Shown here piece by piece: positions 1 through 7,326 of a DNA stretch of 64,000 nt (positions within the stretch are counted from its first letter, which is position 1; every line of letters begins with the position of its first letter). The stretch comes from Candidatus Methylomirabilota bacterium (GTDB taxonomy: Bacteria > Methylomirabilota > Methylomirabilia > Methylomirabilales > 2-02-FULL-66-22), in contig JACQVN010000014.1 in NCBI GenBank assembly GCA_016209735.1, positions 4,633-68,632 on the forward strand. Reading direction: 5' to 3'. Below the pieces are notes generated by a model. It had not been told where the DNA came from. It worked only from the letters and a program-made list of their open reading frames with translations, and ran no database searches. Position numbers and translations under genes: made by a program.

Positions 1-298
1 CCTTGCCCTTGACCCGCGTGCGATACTCGAAGGGGTTCCCGCGGTTGGTCGTCCCCAGAATTGTCCCGCCCATGGTGAGGATGCCGGCAACGTCGCGCGC
101 GGTCAGCTTCTTGGCCATCCCGGGCCTGAAGAGCCCATCGAAGCCCCGCTGGATGCCGACCACCTCCCAGCCCAGGTTCAGGGCCGATTTCACGGCCGCC
201 CGGATGACGGCATTCAGGCCAGGGGCATCCCCGCCCCCCGTCGAGATCCCAATGCGGCGAATCTTGGGCTTGCCTTCACCTGTCGCGCTCGTCGCCAT
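1..298 (-). CDS. pfkA: 6-phosphofructokinase, N-terminal part (gene runs off left edge)
   Basis: Absent from the ORF track because it is truncated by the window edge. Reverse translation from ATG at 298 gives MATSATGEGKPKIRRIGISTGGGDAPGLNAVIRAAV...GFDGL...GGTILGTTNRGNPF, the PFK-family GGGDxPG/GLNA signature. GGAGG lies just upstream. Confidence 0.8.
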   Translation of the reverse strand, partial: MATSATGEGKPKIRRIGISTGGGDAPGLNAVIRAAVKSALNLGWEVVGIQRGFDGLFRPGMAKKLTARDVAGILTMGGTILGTTNRGNPFEYRTRVKGK

Positions 299-317
299 GA
301 GGCACCTCCCCTGCGGG

Positions 318-414
318 GAATGCAAAATTAGAAACCGAGAAGTAAAAACCGGTCAGTGGCCGGGGACGGCTCCTGTTGGCCGGTTTTCCATTTTGCATTT
401 TCCATTTTGCATTC
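318..414. repeat. word-repeat hairpin, family A (TTTTGCA words, AAAACCGG/CCGGTTTT inner stem)
   Basis: GAATGCAAAAT..AAAACCGGTCAGTGGCCGGGGACGGCTCCTGTTGGCCGGTTTT..ATTTTGCATTTTCCATTTTGCATTC. Outer and inner arms are reverse complements. The core is about 85 percent identical by eye to 13311-13406. Confidence 0.85.
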
Positions 415-430
415 GCGCGGCTCTACATCC

Positions 431-514
431 TGCCGGGCGGCCGCACAGGGCCGCCCCTACGGTGCCGGGCGGCCGCATGGGGGCGGGCGGCCGCATGGGG
501 CCGCCCCTACGCGG
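431..514. repeat. tandem GC-rich mini-hairpins
   Basis: Repeated unit TGCCGGGCGGCCGCA(nn)GGGCCGCCCCTACG. Each unit is itself a GGGCGGCC/GGCCGCCC stem. Confidence 0.75.
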
Positions 515-1502
515 GTTGATGGATCGCCGACAGCCGCCAGGGATTCGGCCCGACGGGGCGAACCCAGGTCCAGTACTCCTCGAATTTCATCGGTTCGGCG
601 ACGCTGCCCGCCACCACCTTCCCCGACACCTCTTCCACCGTGTAGTCGAGGAGATTGGCCAGGAACCGCACCGTTACGTAATCCTGCCCTCGCTCTTGCC
701 AGGCTTCGGTGATCTCCACCGAGCGGACGGTGATGTTCTCCAACCGGTTGACCTGCCCCCGGGCCTGGGCCGCCTCCATCTGCTCCCGGAAAGACGCCGC
801 CATCTCCTCCGTGAGGACCGAACGGAGGCCCTCGATCTCTCGCCGCATCCAGGCCGCCTGGATGCGGAAAAAGGTGTCGGTGCACCACTCCGTGAACGAC
901 GGCTCGTTGAAGCCGGGATCCATCTGCCGGATGTGCCCTATCCCGCGCACCCTGTCCTCAGCGGCGGCCGTCGCCGCCGGCTCCAGGGTGGAAACGGCGG
1001 CCGCTTCGGTCCGGGCATACGGCTCGGCCGCCGCGCCCTCGTAGTAGCCGGAAACCGGGGCCTCTCGGGCCCGATTGCGCCGGAACATCCAAAACACGAG
1101 ATAGGCAATCCCGCCCAGGAGGAGCAGATCCATGAGACCGAACCCCCATCCGCCGCCCGCCCCGAAGCCCCCTGCGTGCCCGAAGCTGCTGAACAGGAGA
1201 CCGCCCAGCATCCCGCCCAGGACGCCGCCGGCCATGGTCCGCCAGAGGCCCCCCATGGGCGAGGGAGCCGGCTGTTGGGTCGGCGTCGGCGTCGCCTGCG
1301 GACCGGAAGGCTGCGGCTTCGGTGCCGTCAAGGGGGAGGGAGCGCTGTAGGTGCGGCTGGGACGCGAGAAAGTCCGGGTGCCGCGGCTCCCAAAGCTCCC
1401 CCCGCCCCCGGCGCGGGCGAGGACATCGTCCGGAATGGTCAGAACGACTACTGTTACCCCCAGAACGACCGCCAGAAAACTCAGGAACCTGTCATGCCTC
1501 AT
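507..1502 (-). CDS. Tim44-like domain membrane protein
   Basis: Real start taken as ATG 1502 (MRHDRFLSFLAVVLG..., AGGAG upstream) inside track ORF 507..2159. Has an N-terminal TM helix, a Gly-rich segment with a second TM, and a C-terminal domain (FFRIQAAWMRREIEGLRSVLTEEM...VTVRF...WTWVR) resembling Tim44-like family proteins. Confidence 0.7.
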   Translation of the reverse strand: MRHDRFLSFLAVVLGVTVVVLTIPDDVLARAGGGGSFGSRGTRTFSRPSRTYSAPSPLTAPKPQPSGPQATPTPTQQPAPSPMGGLWRTMAGGVLGGMLGGLLFSSFGHAGGFGAGGGWGFGLMDLLLLGGIAYLVFWMFRRNRAREAPVSGYYEGAAAEPYARTEAAAVSTLEPAATAAAEDRVRGIGHIRQMDPGFNEPSFTEWCTDTFFRIQAAWMRREIEGLRSVLTEEMAASFREQMEAAQARGQVNRLENITVRSVEITEAWQERGQDYVTVRFLANLLDYTVEEVSGKVVAGSVAEPMKFEEYWTWVRPVGPNPWRLSAIHQPA

Positions 1503-1652
1503 TCGTGGAATCTCCTCTTGTCGGCAAGGCCTATGGGTGAATGTCCGGCCGGCATTATCGGCGAAATGGCACCGGTTGGCAAGGACAACAAGCGGATGCT
1601 CGTGGCGTGTGGCGGTTCCCTCCATCAGCCATGAGCCCAAATAGTGCAGTTG

Positions 1653-1808
1653 CACCACGGAGGCACGGAGAACGCTGAGGAAACCCGGGATATATATTGT
1701 CGCAACGGACATCAGTAGCCGAGACCCCGGGAAACATTTCCTGCCGAGACTGGATTGTGTCAACCCCTTGATCTGGGCCTCCTCCGTGTTCTCCGTGTCT
1801 CCGTGGTG
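1653..1808. repeat. inverted-repeat cassette without intact cargo (ACGGAG words)
   Basis: Left arm CACCACGGAGGCACGGAGAACGCTGAGG (1653-1680). The right arm, at about 1781-1808, is its near reverse complement CCTCCGTGTTCTCCGTGTCTCCGTGGTG. About 100 nt lie between them. The arm style matches the GxxExxY cassette at 54793-55305. Confidence 0.7.
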
Positions 1809-1839
1809 AAATATTCGGGCATGAGCCATGAGCGACGAG

Positions 1840-3288
1840 CTACCCCCGTTCGTTCGCGGCCCGCCGTTCCAGGACCGCGACCGCTTCCAGGTGGAAGGTC
1901 TGGGGGAAGAGGTCGACGGGCTGGATCCGCACACAGCTATACCCGACCCCGGCGAGGAGGCCCAGGTCCCGCGCCAGCGTGCTCGGATCGCAGGAGACAT
2001 AGACGATCCTCGGCACACCGAGCTGTCCGAGCGCTTCCAGAACCCGCCGGCTGGCGCCCTGTCTCGGCGGGTCGAGGACCGCCAGGTCCCACGACTCCCC
2101 CGCCAGGTCCGGCAGAAGCTGCTCGACCTGCGCCTGGAGGATCCGCACATTCCCGGCATCGTTCACTCGCACGTTGTAGAGGGCATCCGCCGAAGCCGAC
2201 GGGTGCGACTCGATGCCCACCACCTCCCCTGCCAGCCTGGCCAGAGGGATGGTGAAGGTCCCGACGCCGCAGTACAGGTCCAGCACCCGCTCTTTCCCTG
2301 TCAGCGCGGCCGCCTCGGCCACCAGGGCGGTCAGGGTCTCGGCCGCCAAACTGCTCACCTGGAAGAAGGCGGTGGCATCCACCCGGAACCGATGCTTGCC
2401 GACCTGCTCCAGGATGGCCCCGTGGCCGTGGCGATCCACGAACCGGGGCTGCTGCCGCGACTCGCCTTCCAGGAGGACCACTCCCTGCAGGCTGGGCACG
2501 GATTCCCGCAGGCGATGGAAGAGGAGGCGAAGGGCCGCCCGCTCCCGCACATGGGCGAAGAGCGCCACCATGGCCTCGCCCGTCCCGGCTCCCACCGCCA
2601 TCCACACCTCACGCAGGCCGGGGAAGAGCTGGGAGAGCATGGGCGCGCGCATGCCGCGCAGCCCGCGTAAGAGCGCATTCAATGTCGGGTGCAAGAGCGG
2701 GCACTCTTCCACATCCACGACCTGGTGGCTCTCCCGCCGGTGAAAGCCAATCCGAAGGGCGGACCCGGATTCCTGCCTGCCGTCAGCTATGGGCCCCCTG
2801 GAGCCCCTGCGGCCGCCTCCGGCTCTCGGATCGGAACCCCCCGAGAGCTTGAGCTGTGCCCTGGCCCGGTATCCCCAAGGCGGAAGCGGATTGAGGGGTG
2901 GCTCAACCGGCACGTCAGAGAGCTTCCCAACGCGCACGAGGAGTTCCCGCAGGATCTCCGCCTTCCAGGCGACTTGCCCCTCATGCGTGAGATGCTGCCA
3001 CTGGCATCCGCCGCACGTCCCGAAGTACCGGCAGGCCGGCTGTGCCCGAATGGGCGAGGCCTCCAGGAGTGCTGCCGCCTCGCCGCGGGCAAAATCCCCC
3101 CGTCCCGGCAGCAAGCGAACTTCCAGGAGGTCCTGGGCCGCGCTCAGGGGGACGAAGACGACGCGGCCGTCCTCCAGCCGCCCCAGGCCGTCTCCCTGAA
3201 AAACAAGGCGCTCAATGCGCACACGGACGCCGGGCCCCTTCTCCCGAGGCGCGCCTGACGTGTCGCTCGATGGGAATTCCGATGCCAT
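1840..3288 (-). CDS. 23S rRNA (uracil-5)-methyltransferase family (TRAM + SAM MTase, RlmD/RumA-like)
   Basis: 482 aa. N-terminal TRAM-like region, Fe-S cysteine cluster CRYFGTCGGCQWQH, and SAM-MTase motifs VLDLYCGVGTFT and DPPRQG. Confidence 0.9.
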   Translation of the reverse strand: MASEFPSSDTSGAPREKGPGVRVRIERLVFQGDGLGRLEDGRVVFVPLSAAQDLLEVRLLPGRGDFARGEAAALLEASPIRAQPACRYFGTCGGCQWQHLTHEGQVAWKAEILRELLVRVGKLSDVPVEPPLNPLPPWGYRARAQLKLSGGSDPRAGGGRRGSRGPIADGRQESGSALRIGFHRRESHQVVDVEECPLLHPTLNALLRGLRGMRAPMLSQLFPGLREVWMAVGAGTGEAMVALFAHVRERAALRLLFHRLRESVPSLQGVVLLEGESRQQPRFVDRHGHGAILEQVGKHRFRVDATAFFQVSSLAAETLTALVAEAAALTGKERVLDLYCGVGTFTIPLARLAGEVVGIESHPSASADALYNVRVNDAGNVRILQAQVEQLLPDLAGESWDLAVLDPPRQGASRRVLEALGQLGVPRIVYVSCDPSTLARDLGLLAGVGYSCVRIQPVDLFPQTFHLEAVAVLERRAANERG

Positions 3289-3306
3289 GGATCCACCACC
3301 CGTTGG

Positions 3307-3364
3307 GAAGTTCGAGGGTTCAACGTTTAACGTTTAACGTTCAACGTTTAATGTTTAACGTTCG
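3307..3364. repeat. tandem AACGTT-word repeat
   Basis: GAAGTTCGAGGGTTCAACGTTTAACGTTTAACGTTCAACGTTTAATGTTTAACGTTCG. It is self-complementary because the word is palindromic. The same words recur at 11128-11146 and 30796. Confidence 0.85.
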
Positions 3365-3448
3365 CCGCGTTCTTCAGTCCGCCAGGAGTATACTACATTA
3401 CCAGAGGGCGCTGGACGTTCGGAGGGAGATTGAAGGAGGTTATCAGAG

Positions 3449-3547
3449 GAATGACCAATGAGCATCCGGTTTCTCATTTGCTCATTGGTCATTGCGTCAT
3501 CGCTTCATTGCTTCATTGGTCATTGAGAGGTCATTGAGAATTGGTCC
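3449..3547. repeat. word-repeat hairpin (CAATGACC / GGTCATTG words)
   Basis: GAATGACCAATGAG-loop-CTCATTGGTCATT followed by tandem CATTG(C/G)T units. Abuts the stop codon of the DUF3106 gene. The same word occurs at 9801 and 36262. Confidence 0.85.
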
Positions 3548-3964
3548 TTACCTGCCGGGACCTCCGCGCTGGCCGGGAAACCGTGGCCGAGGCTGACCGG
3601 GCGCCTGTGGACGCGGACGGTCCTCCTCCCTCCGGTCGCGCTGGCGTCGGAATTCCTCGCGGAGGCGCTGCCGCTCCTGGGGCGGTAGCTTCCGATAGGT
3701 GTCGAGGTTTCGCCGGATGCGCTGCTTTTCCTCGGGGGAGAACTGCTTCCAGCGTTCGTAATTCTCCCGGATGCGCCGCTGCTCCTCGGGGGACAGCCGC
3801 TGCCACCGTTCGAGATTCTCCCGGATCCGCGTCTGCTCTTCGGGGGAGAGAGTCTCCGGGCCCGCCACGGCCCCGGCGGAATGCGCCGGCCGGGAGGGGC
3901 CCGGACCGCCGACAGTCAGCACCACCAGCACGGCGCCCCCCAGGACAAGGAGCGGCCGCCTCAT
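3548..3964 (-). CDS. DUF3106-like periplasmic repeat protein
   Basis: Signal peptide followed by four repeats of SPEE(Q/K)xRIRxNxxRW(Q/K). It follows an ECF sigma/anti-sigma pair, which is usual for this family. Confidence 0.75.
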   Translation of the reverse strand: MRRPLLVLGGAVLVVLTVGGPGPSRPAHSAGAVAGPETLSPEEQTRIRENLERWQRLSPEEQRRIRENYERWKQFSPEEKQRIRRNLDTYRKLPPQERQRLREEFRRQRDRREEDRPRPQAPGQPRPRFPGQRGGPGR

Positions 3965-4197
3965 GGTCTTGCCTGCTCCTGAGACCCCGCCTGGGCCGCC
4001 AGCGGGGGCCGGATCCCTTCGGGCTGGCGAGGGAACTCGAGGTGGCGCAGAACTTCCGGCTCCCTCAACATGTCTCCAGCTCCACTCGAGGCGCGGGCCG
4101 GGGGGCGGCCTCCTGGCGGTCTGGCGTCCCTCCTGCCGACCGCGTGGCCGCCGCCACGCCCGACATGGACATTACCGGGCCCGCCATGGCGCGGTCC

Positions 4198-4761
4198 TCA
4201 CGTATACCTTGTCGATTCTGCACGGCCCAGCCGGACCACCTGCCCCTCTCCCCCCGGCGTGAGGGTGGGAAGCGAATCCAGGACATCGATGTCTTCGAGA
4301 AGGTCGAGGTCGCGCAGCACCTCGAGGTTCATGCCGATTCCCAGGGTGTCCCCAACGGCGATGGGGTCCGCGGACGGCCGCTCCAACGGCTGCGGCATGC
4401 GCGCAAGACCGACGGCCAGGATGACTCCGAGGGCAGCCGCCGCCCCCAGCGCCGGGACCGGCCGCAGGAACTCCATCCCGCGAAGCCACTCGACCATCCG
4501 CAGCCCGAGGGATGGGCGTGGCGGCGGGACAGCGGCAATGCGCCGACGCACACCCTCGGAGAAGGCATCCCAGGACTCTCCAGGCGGCTCCGGCACCGGC
4601 AAGGATTCCAGCAAGCCTCGGGTAACCCGCAGGCTTGCCAGCTCCTGAGCGCAACTCGGGCACTCCGCCAGATGAGCCTCCACCCGCCGGCGCCCTAGGG
4701 CGCTCACCTCCTCTTCGAGGTAGTCCAGCAGCAGGTCGCGCACTTCAATACACCGGATCAT
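4198..4761 (-). CDS. anti-sigma factor (zf-HC2 type)
   Basis: N-terminal C-x..H-x3-C-x2-C motif (HLAECPSC), a central TM helix, and a position immediately downstream of the ECF sigma gene. Confidence 0.85.
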   Translation of the reverse strand: MIRCIEVRDLLLDYLEEEVSALGRRRVEAHLAECPSCAQELASLRVTRGLLESLPVPEPPGESWDAFSEGVRRRIAAVPPPRPSLGLRMVEWLRGMEFLRPVPALGAAAALGVILAVGLARMPQPLERPSADPIAVGDTLGIGMNLEVLRDLDLLEDIDVLDSLPTLTPGGEGQVVRLGRAESTRYT

Positions 4762-4775
4762 GATCGTCCCTACGC

Positions 4776-4811
4776 GGAATTCGAAATTCGAATTCCGAAA
4801 TTCGAGATTCC
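4776..4811. repeat. GAATTCG-word palindrome between sigma and anti-sigma genes
   Basis: GGAATTCGAAATTCGAATTCC (4776-4796) is a perfect 21-nt palindrome, followed by GAAATTCGAGATTCC. It fills the 52-nt gap between the sigma stop and the anti-sigma start. Confidence 0.85.
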
Positions 4812-4813
4812 CC

Positions 4814-5398
4814 TCATACCTGCCGGAAGCTCTGGAGCTTCCGCTGGAGCGTCCGGATGGCGTGAAAGTAGTTGGCCTTGGCCGTCCCCTCGGCGCACCC
4901 CAGGGTCTCGGCGATCTCGCGGTGACTCAGGCCTTGCTGAACCCGGAGGGTGAGCGTGGCGCGCTGCTGGGGGGGCAAGGCGGCGATGGCGGCCTCCAGG
5001 GCCTGGTCTCGCTCCGCCGCCTCCAGGACGGCCAGGGAGTCCTTCCGTTCGTCCCGCAGACGCTCGTCCGGCTCGCCGGAAACCTCCCGGGCGGCCGCCT
5101 TCTGGTGGTTCAGGCAGAGATTCATGGCGATCCGGTACAGCCAGGTCGAGAACCTCGCCTCCTGCCGAAAAGAGCCCAGGCCTCTGTATGCCTGGACGAA
5201 GGCCTCCTGAGCCAAGTCCTTGGCGTCCTCGGCATTCCGGGTCATCCGGTACGTTAGTCGAAAGATCGGCGCCTGATACCTCCCCACCAGGAGGTCGAAG
5301 GCCTCGACCTCCCCCGCTAGGACGCGCCGGATCAGGTCGTGGTCTGCCACGCTCACGGTCGGCTCGAATGCCCCGCCCCCAGGTTCGCAGGCACCCAT
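4814..5398 (-). CDS. ECF (RpoE-like) RNA polymerase sigma-70 family factor
   Basis: Region 2 (DLAQEAFVQAYR...FSTWLYRIAMN) and region 4 (LSHREIAETLGCAEGTAKANYFHA). The start is ambiguous: ATG 5398 is chosen, and the track ORF extends to 5479. Confidence 0.9.
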   Translation of the reverse strand: MGACEPGGGAFEPTVSVADHDLIRRVLAGEVEAFDLLVGRYQAPIFRLTYRMTRNAEDAKDLAQEAFVQAYRGLGSFRQEARFSTWLYRIAMNLCLNHQKAAAREVSGEPDERLRDERKDSLAVLEAAERDQALEAAIAALPPQQRATLTLRVQQGLSHREIAETLGCAEGTAKANYFHAIRTLQRKLQSFRQV

Positions 5399-5734
5399 GG
5401 AAACCGCGAGCGCGGCGCCCGGGAAACCTCCCCGCCGGGGGGTGTGAGGCAGCTCTCCCGGCCGTCCTTTCCCCGCCACACTCGATTAGATCACTTGGGC
5501 GGGAAAAGGTTGTATTGGCCGGGGGTTCACCCGAAGAAAACAGGGCCGGCTCCCCCCACTTCCCCTCAAGGATGAGGAGGAGGGGAGCCAGCCCCGGGCA
5601 TCCATCCGCGGCGATTTACTGCTTCGACTCGCAGCTCCGATAACAATTCATGCGAGACGATCTGCTGAAGAATGCTCGTTCAGCACTTTGCCCTGAGAGA
5701 GGAAATACGTTGGCGTATCTCCGAATCGAAGGAC

Positions 5735-5827
5735 CTAACCGCGGCGCTGATGTCTGGTCTTCTTGAGCAATTTCTTATACTTGTGCTTGCGGATCTTCTT
5801 TCGGCGCTTCTTGACGACGCTGCTCAT
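5735..5827 (-). CDS. 30-aa highly basic protein, AURKAIP1/COX24-domain (ribosomal bS22-like)
   Basis: Below the ORF-track size cutoff. Translation: MSSVVKKRRKKIRKHKYKKLLKKTRHQRRG. Pattern matches remembered mycobacterial bS22 ([30 protein letters not shown]...). Its ATG overlaps the TGA of the upstream regulator as ATGA. Confidence 0.65.
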   Translation of the reverse strand: MSSVVKKRRKKIRKHKYKKLLKKTRHQRRG

Positions 5828-7326
5828 GCCATCCCCCCTTTCCGGACCTCGGGCTCTTGCTCCGTTTGCGGGCCGTCAACCGCCGTCGGCTGCGGCGATC
5901 CCTCGGCCCCCGCATTCTCTCCGCCGCCGTCACGGCGGATGTGATACTTCTCGAGCCGGTATTGGAGCGTGCGGTAGCTCAAGCCCAGGAGCTTGGCCGC
6001 CTTGGCCACCACCCCGCCTGACTGCTGCATGGCCTGTAGGATGAAATCCCGCTCGACCTCCTCCAGATTGATCCCCTGCGGGACGAGGAGATAGCGCGTC
6101 CCTCCGGCGGATGCCGCGGGGGGCGCCTGGGGCTCCTCCTGGGGGAGGGTCGAGAATCGGACCTCGATGGGAAGATCCGCGATGTCGATCCTCTTGCCGT
6201 CCGACAGGAGGGCCGCCCGCTGCAGCACCGCCTCCAACTGTCGGACATTGCCGGGCCAGGGGTATCGGGTGAGGAGGCGCATCGCCTCCGTGGTGATGGG
6301 CAGGGGCGGACGCCCCCCTTCCCTGCAGACCCGGGCGACGAAGTACTCCGCCAACTGCGGGATATCGGTGCTCCGCTCCCGCAGGGGCGGGACAGTGATG
6401 GTCACCACGTTCAACCGGTAGTAGAGATCCTCTCGGAACGCCCCCCGGCGGACCTCGGTCTCCAAGTCTTTGTTGGTGGCCGCCAGGATCCGCACGTCCA
6501 CCTTGATGTCCTCGCGGCCGCCCACTCGGCGGATGGTGCGCTCCTGGAGCGCGCGCAGGACCTTCGCTTGCATGTTGACGGACAGCTCGGCCACCTCGTC
6601 CAGAAACAACGTGCTCCGGTCCGCGCCCTCGAAGAGGCCTTGGTGGCGGCCGATCGCCCCGGTGAACGACCCCCTCTCGTGCCCGAACAGCTCACTCTCG
6701 ATGAGGCTGTCGGGAATCGCCGCGCAGCTCACGGCCACGAAGGGTCGGTCCTTGCGTGGGCTATTCCGATGGATGGCGCGCGCGATCAGCTCCTTCCCGG
6801 TGCCGGTCTCCCCGGTGATCAGCACGGTCGAGGTGCTGTTGGACACCTTGTGAATCTTGGCGAACACCTCCTGGAGGCGGTAGTGGCTGCCCACCAGCCC
6901 TTCCACCCGGAACCGCTCTTCCAGTTGCCGCCGCAGGAGGCGATTCTCCTCGATCAGGCGGATCCGCTCGAAAGCCCGGCTGACCGTGTGAAGCAAGTCC
7001 TCGCGGTTGAGTGGCTTCGTGAGGTAATCGAAGGCGCCCTGGCCCAGGGCCCGCTCCGCCGAGTCCATGGACCCGTACGCCGTCATCAGGATGACGAGGG
7101 TGGGAGGGTCGTCCCGGGTAAGCCGCTGGATGAGCGACATCCCATCCTCGCCCGGCATGCGGAGATCGGTGAGCACCAGGTCGAACCGGGTGGCCTCGCT
7201 CAGGGCCACGGCCTCGGCCACGCTTCCCGCCGACTCCACCCGGTAGCCGTCGGCCCCCAGGATCGTGCGGAGGATCTCCCGCTGCGCGGCCTCGTCATCC
7301 ACCACCAGGATCTGCCCCTTGCTCAT
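5824..7326 (-). CDS. sigma-54-dependent response regulator (REC + AAA+ + Fis-type HTH; NtrC family)
   Basis: DDE...D receiver domain, GETGTGKE Walker [16 protein letters not shown] (GAFTGA-type loop), and C-terminal HTH LLGLSYRTLQYRLEKY. Confidence 0.95.
   Translation of the reverse strand: MSKGQILVVDDEAAQREILRTILGADGYRVESAGSVAEAVALSEATRFDLVLTDLRMPGEDGMSLIQRLTRDDPPTLVILMTAYGSMDSAERALGQGAFDYLTKPLNREDLLHTVSRAFERIRLIEENRLLRRQLEERFRVEGLVGSHYRLQEVFAKIHKVSNSTSTVLITGETGTGKELIARAIHRNSPRKDRPFVAVSCAAIPDSLIESELFGHERGSFTGAIGRHQGLFEGADRSTLFLDEVAELSVNMQAKVLRALQERTIRRVGGREDIKVDVRILAATNKDLETEVRRGAFREDLYYRLNVVTITVPPLRERSTDIPQLAEYFVARVCREGGRPPLPITTEAMRLLTRYPWPGNVRQLEAVLQRAALLSDGKRIDIADLPIEVRFSTLPQEEPQAPPAASAGGTRYLLVPQGINLEEVERDFILQAMQQSGGVVAKAAKLLGLSYRTLQYRLEKYHIRRDGGGENAGAEGSPQPTAVDGPQTEQEPEVRKGGMA

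Noticed and set aside
3-1634. 543-aa + strand ORF at the left edge
   Set aside because: It runs antisense to the pfk N-terminus and the Tim44-like gene and straight through two repeat elements. Its sequence is Arg/Pro/Gly-rich and low complexity, and it has no RBS.
3307-3364. CRISPR-like tandem repeats (also 7563-7730 and 32272-32330)
   Set aside because: The units are only 6-12 nt, directly abutting with no unique spacers, and no cas genes are nearby. They belong to the word-repeat hairpin class.
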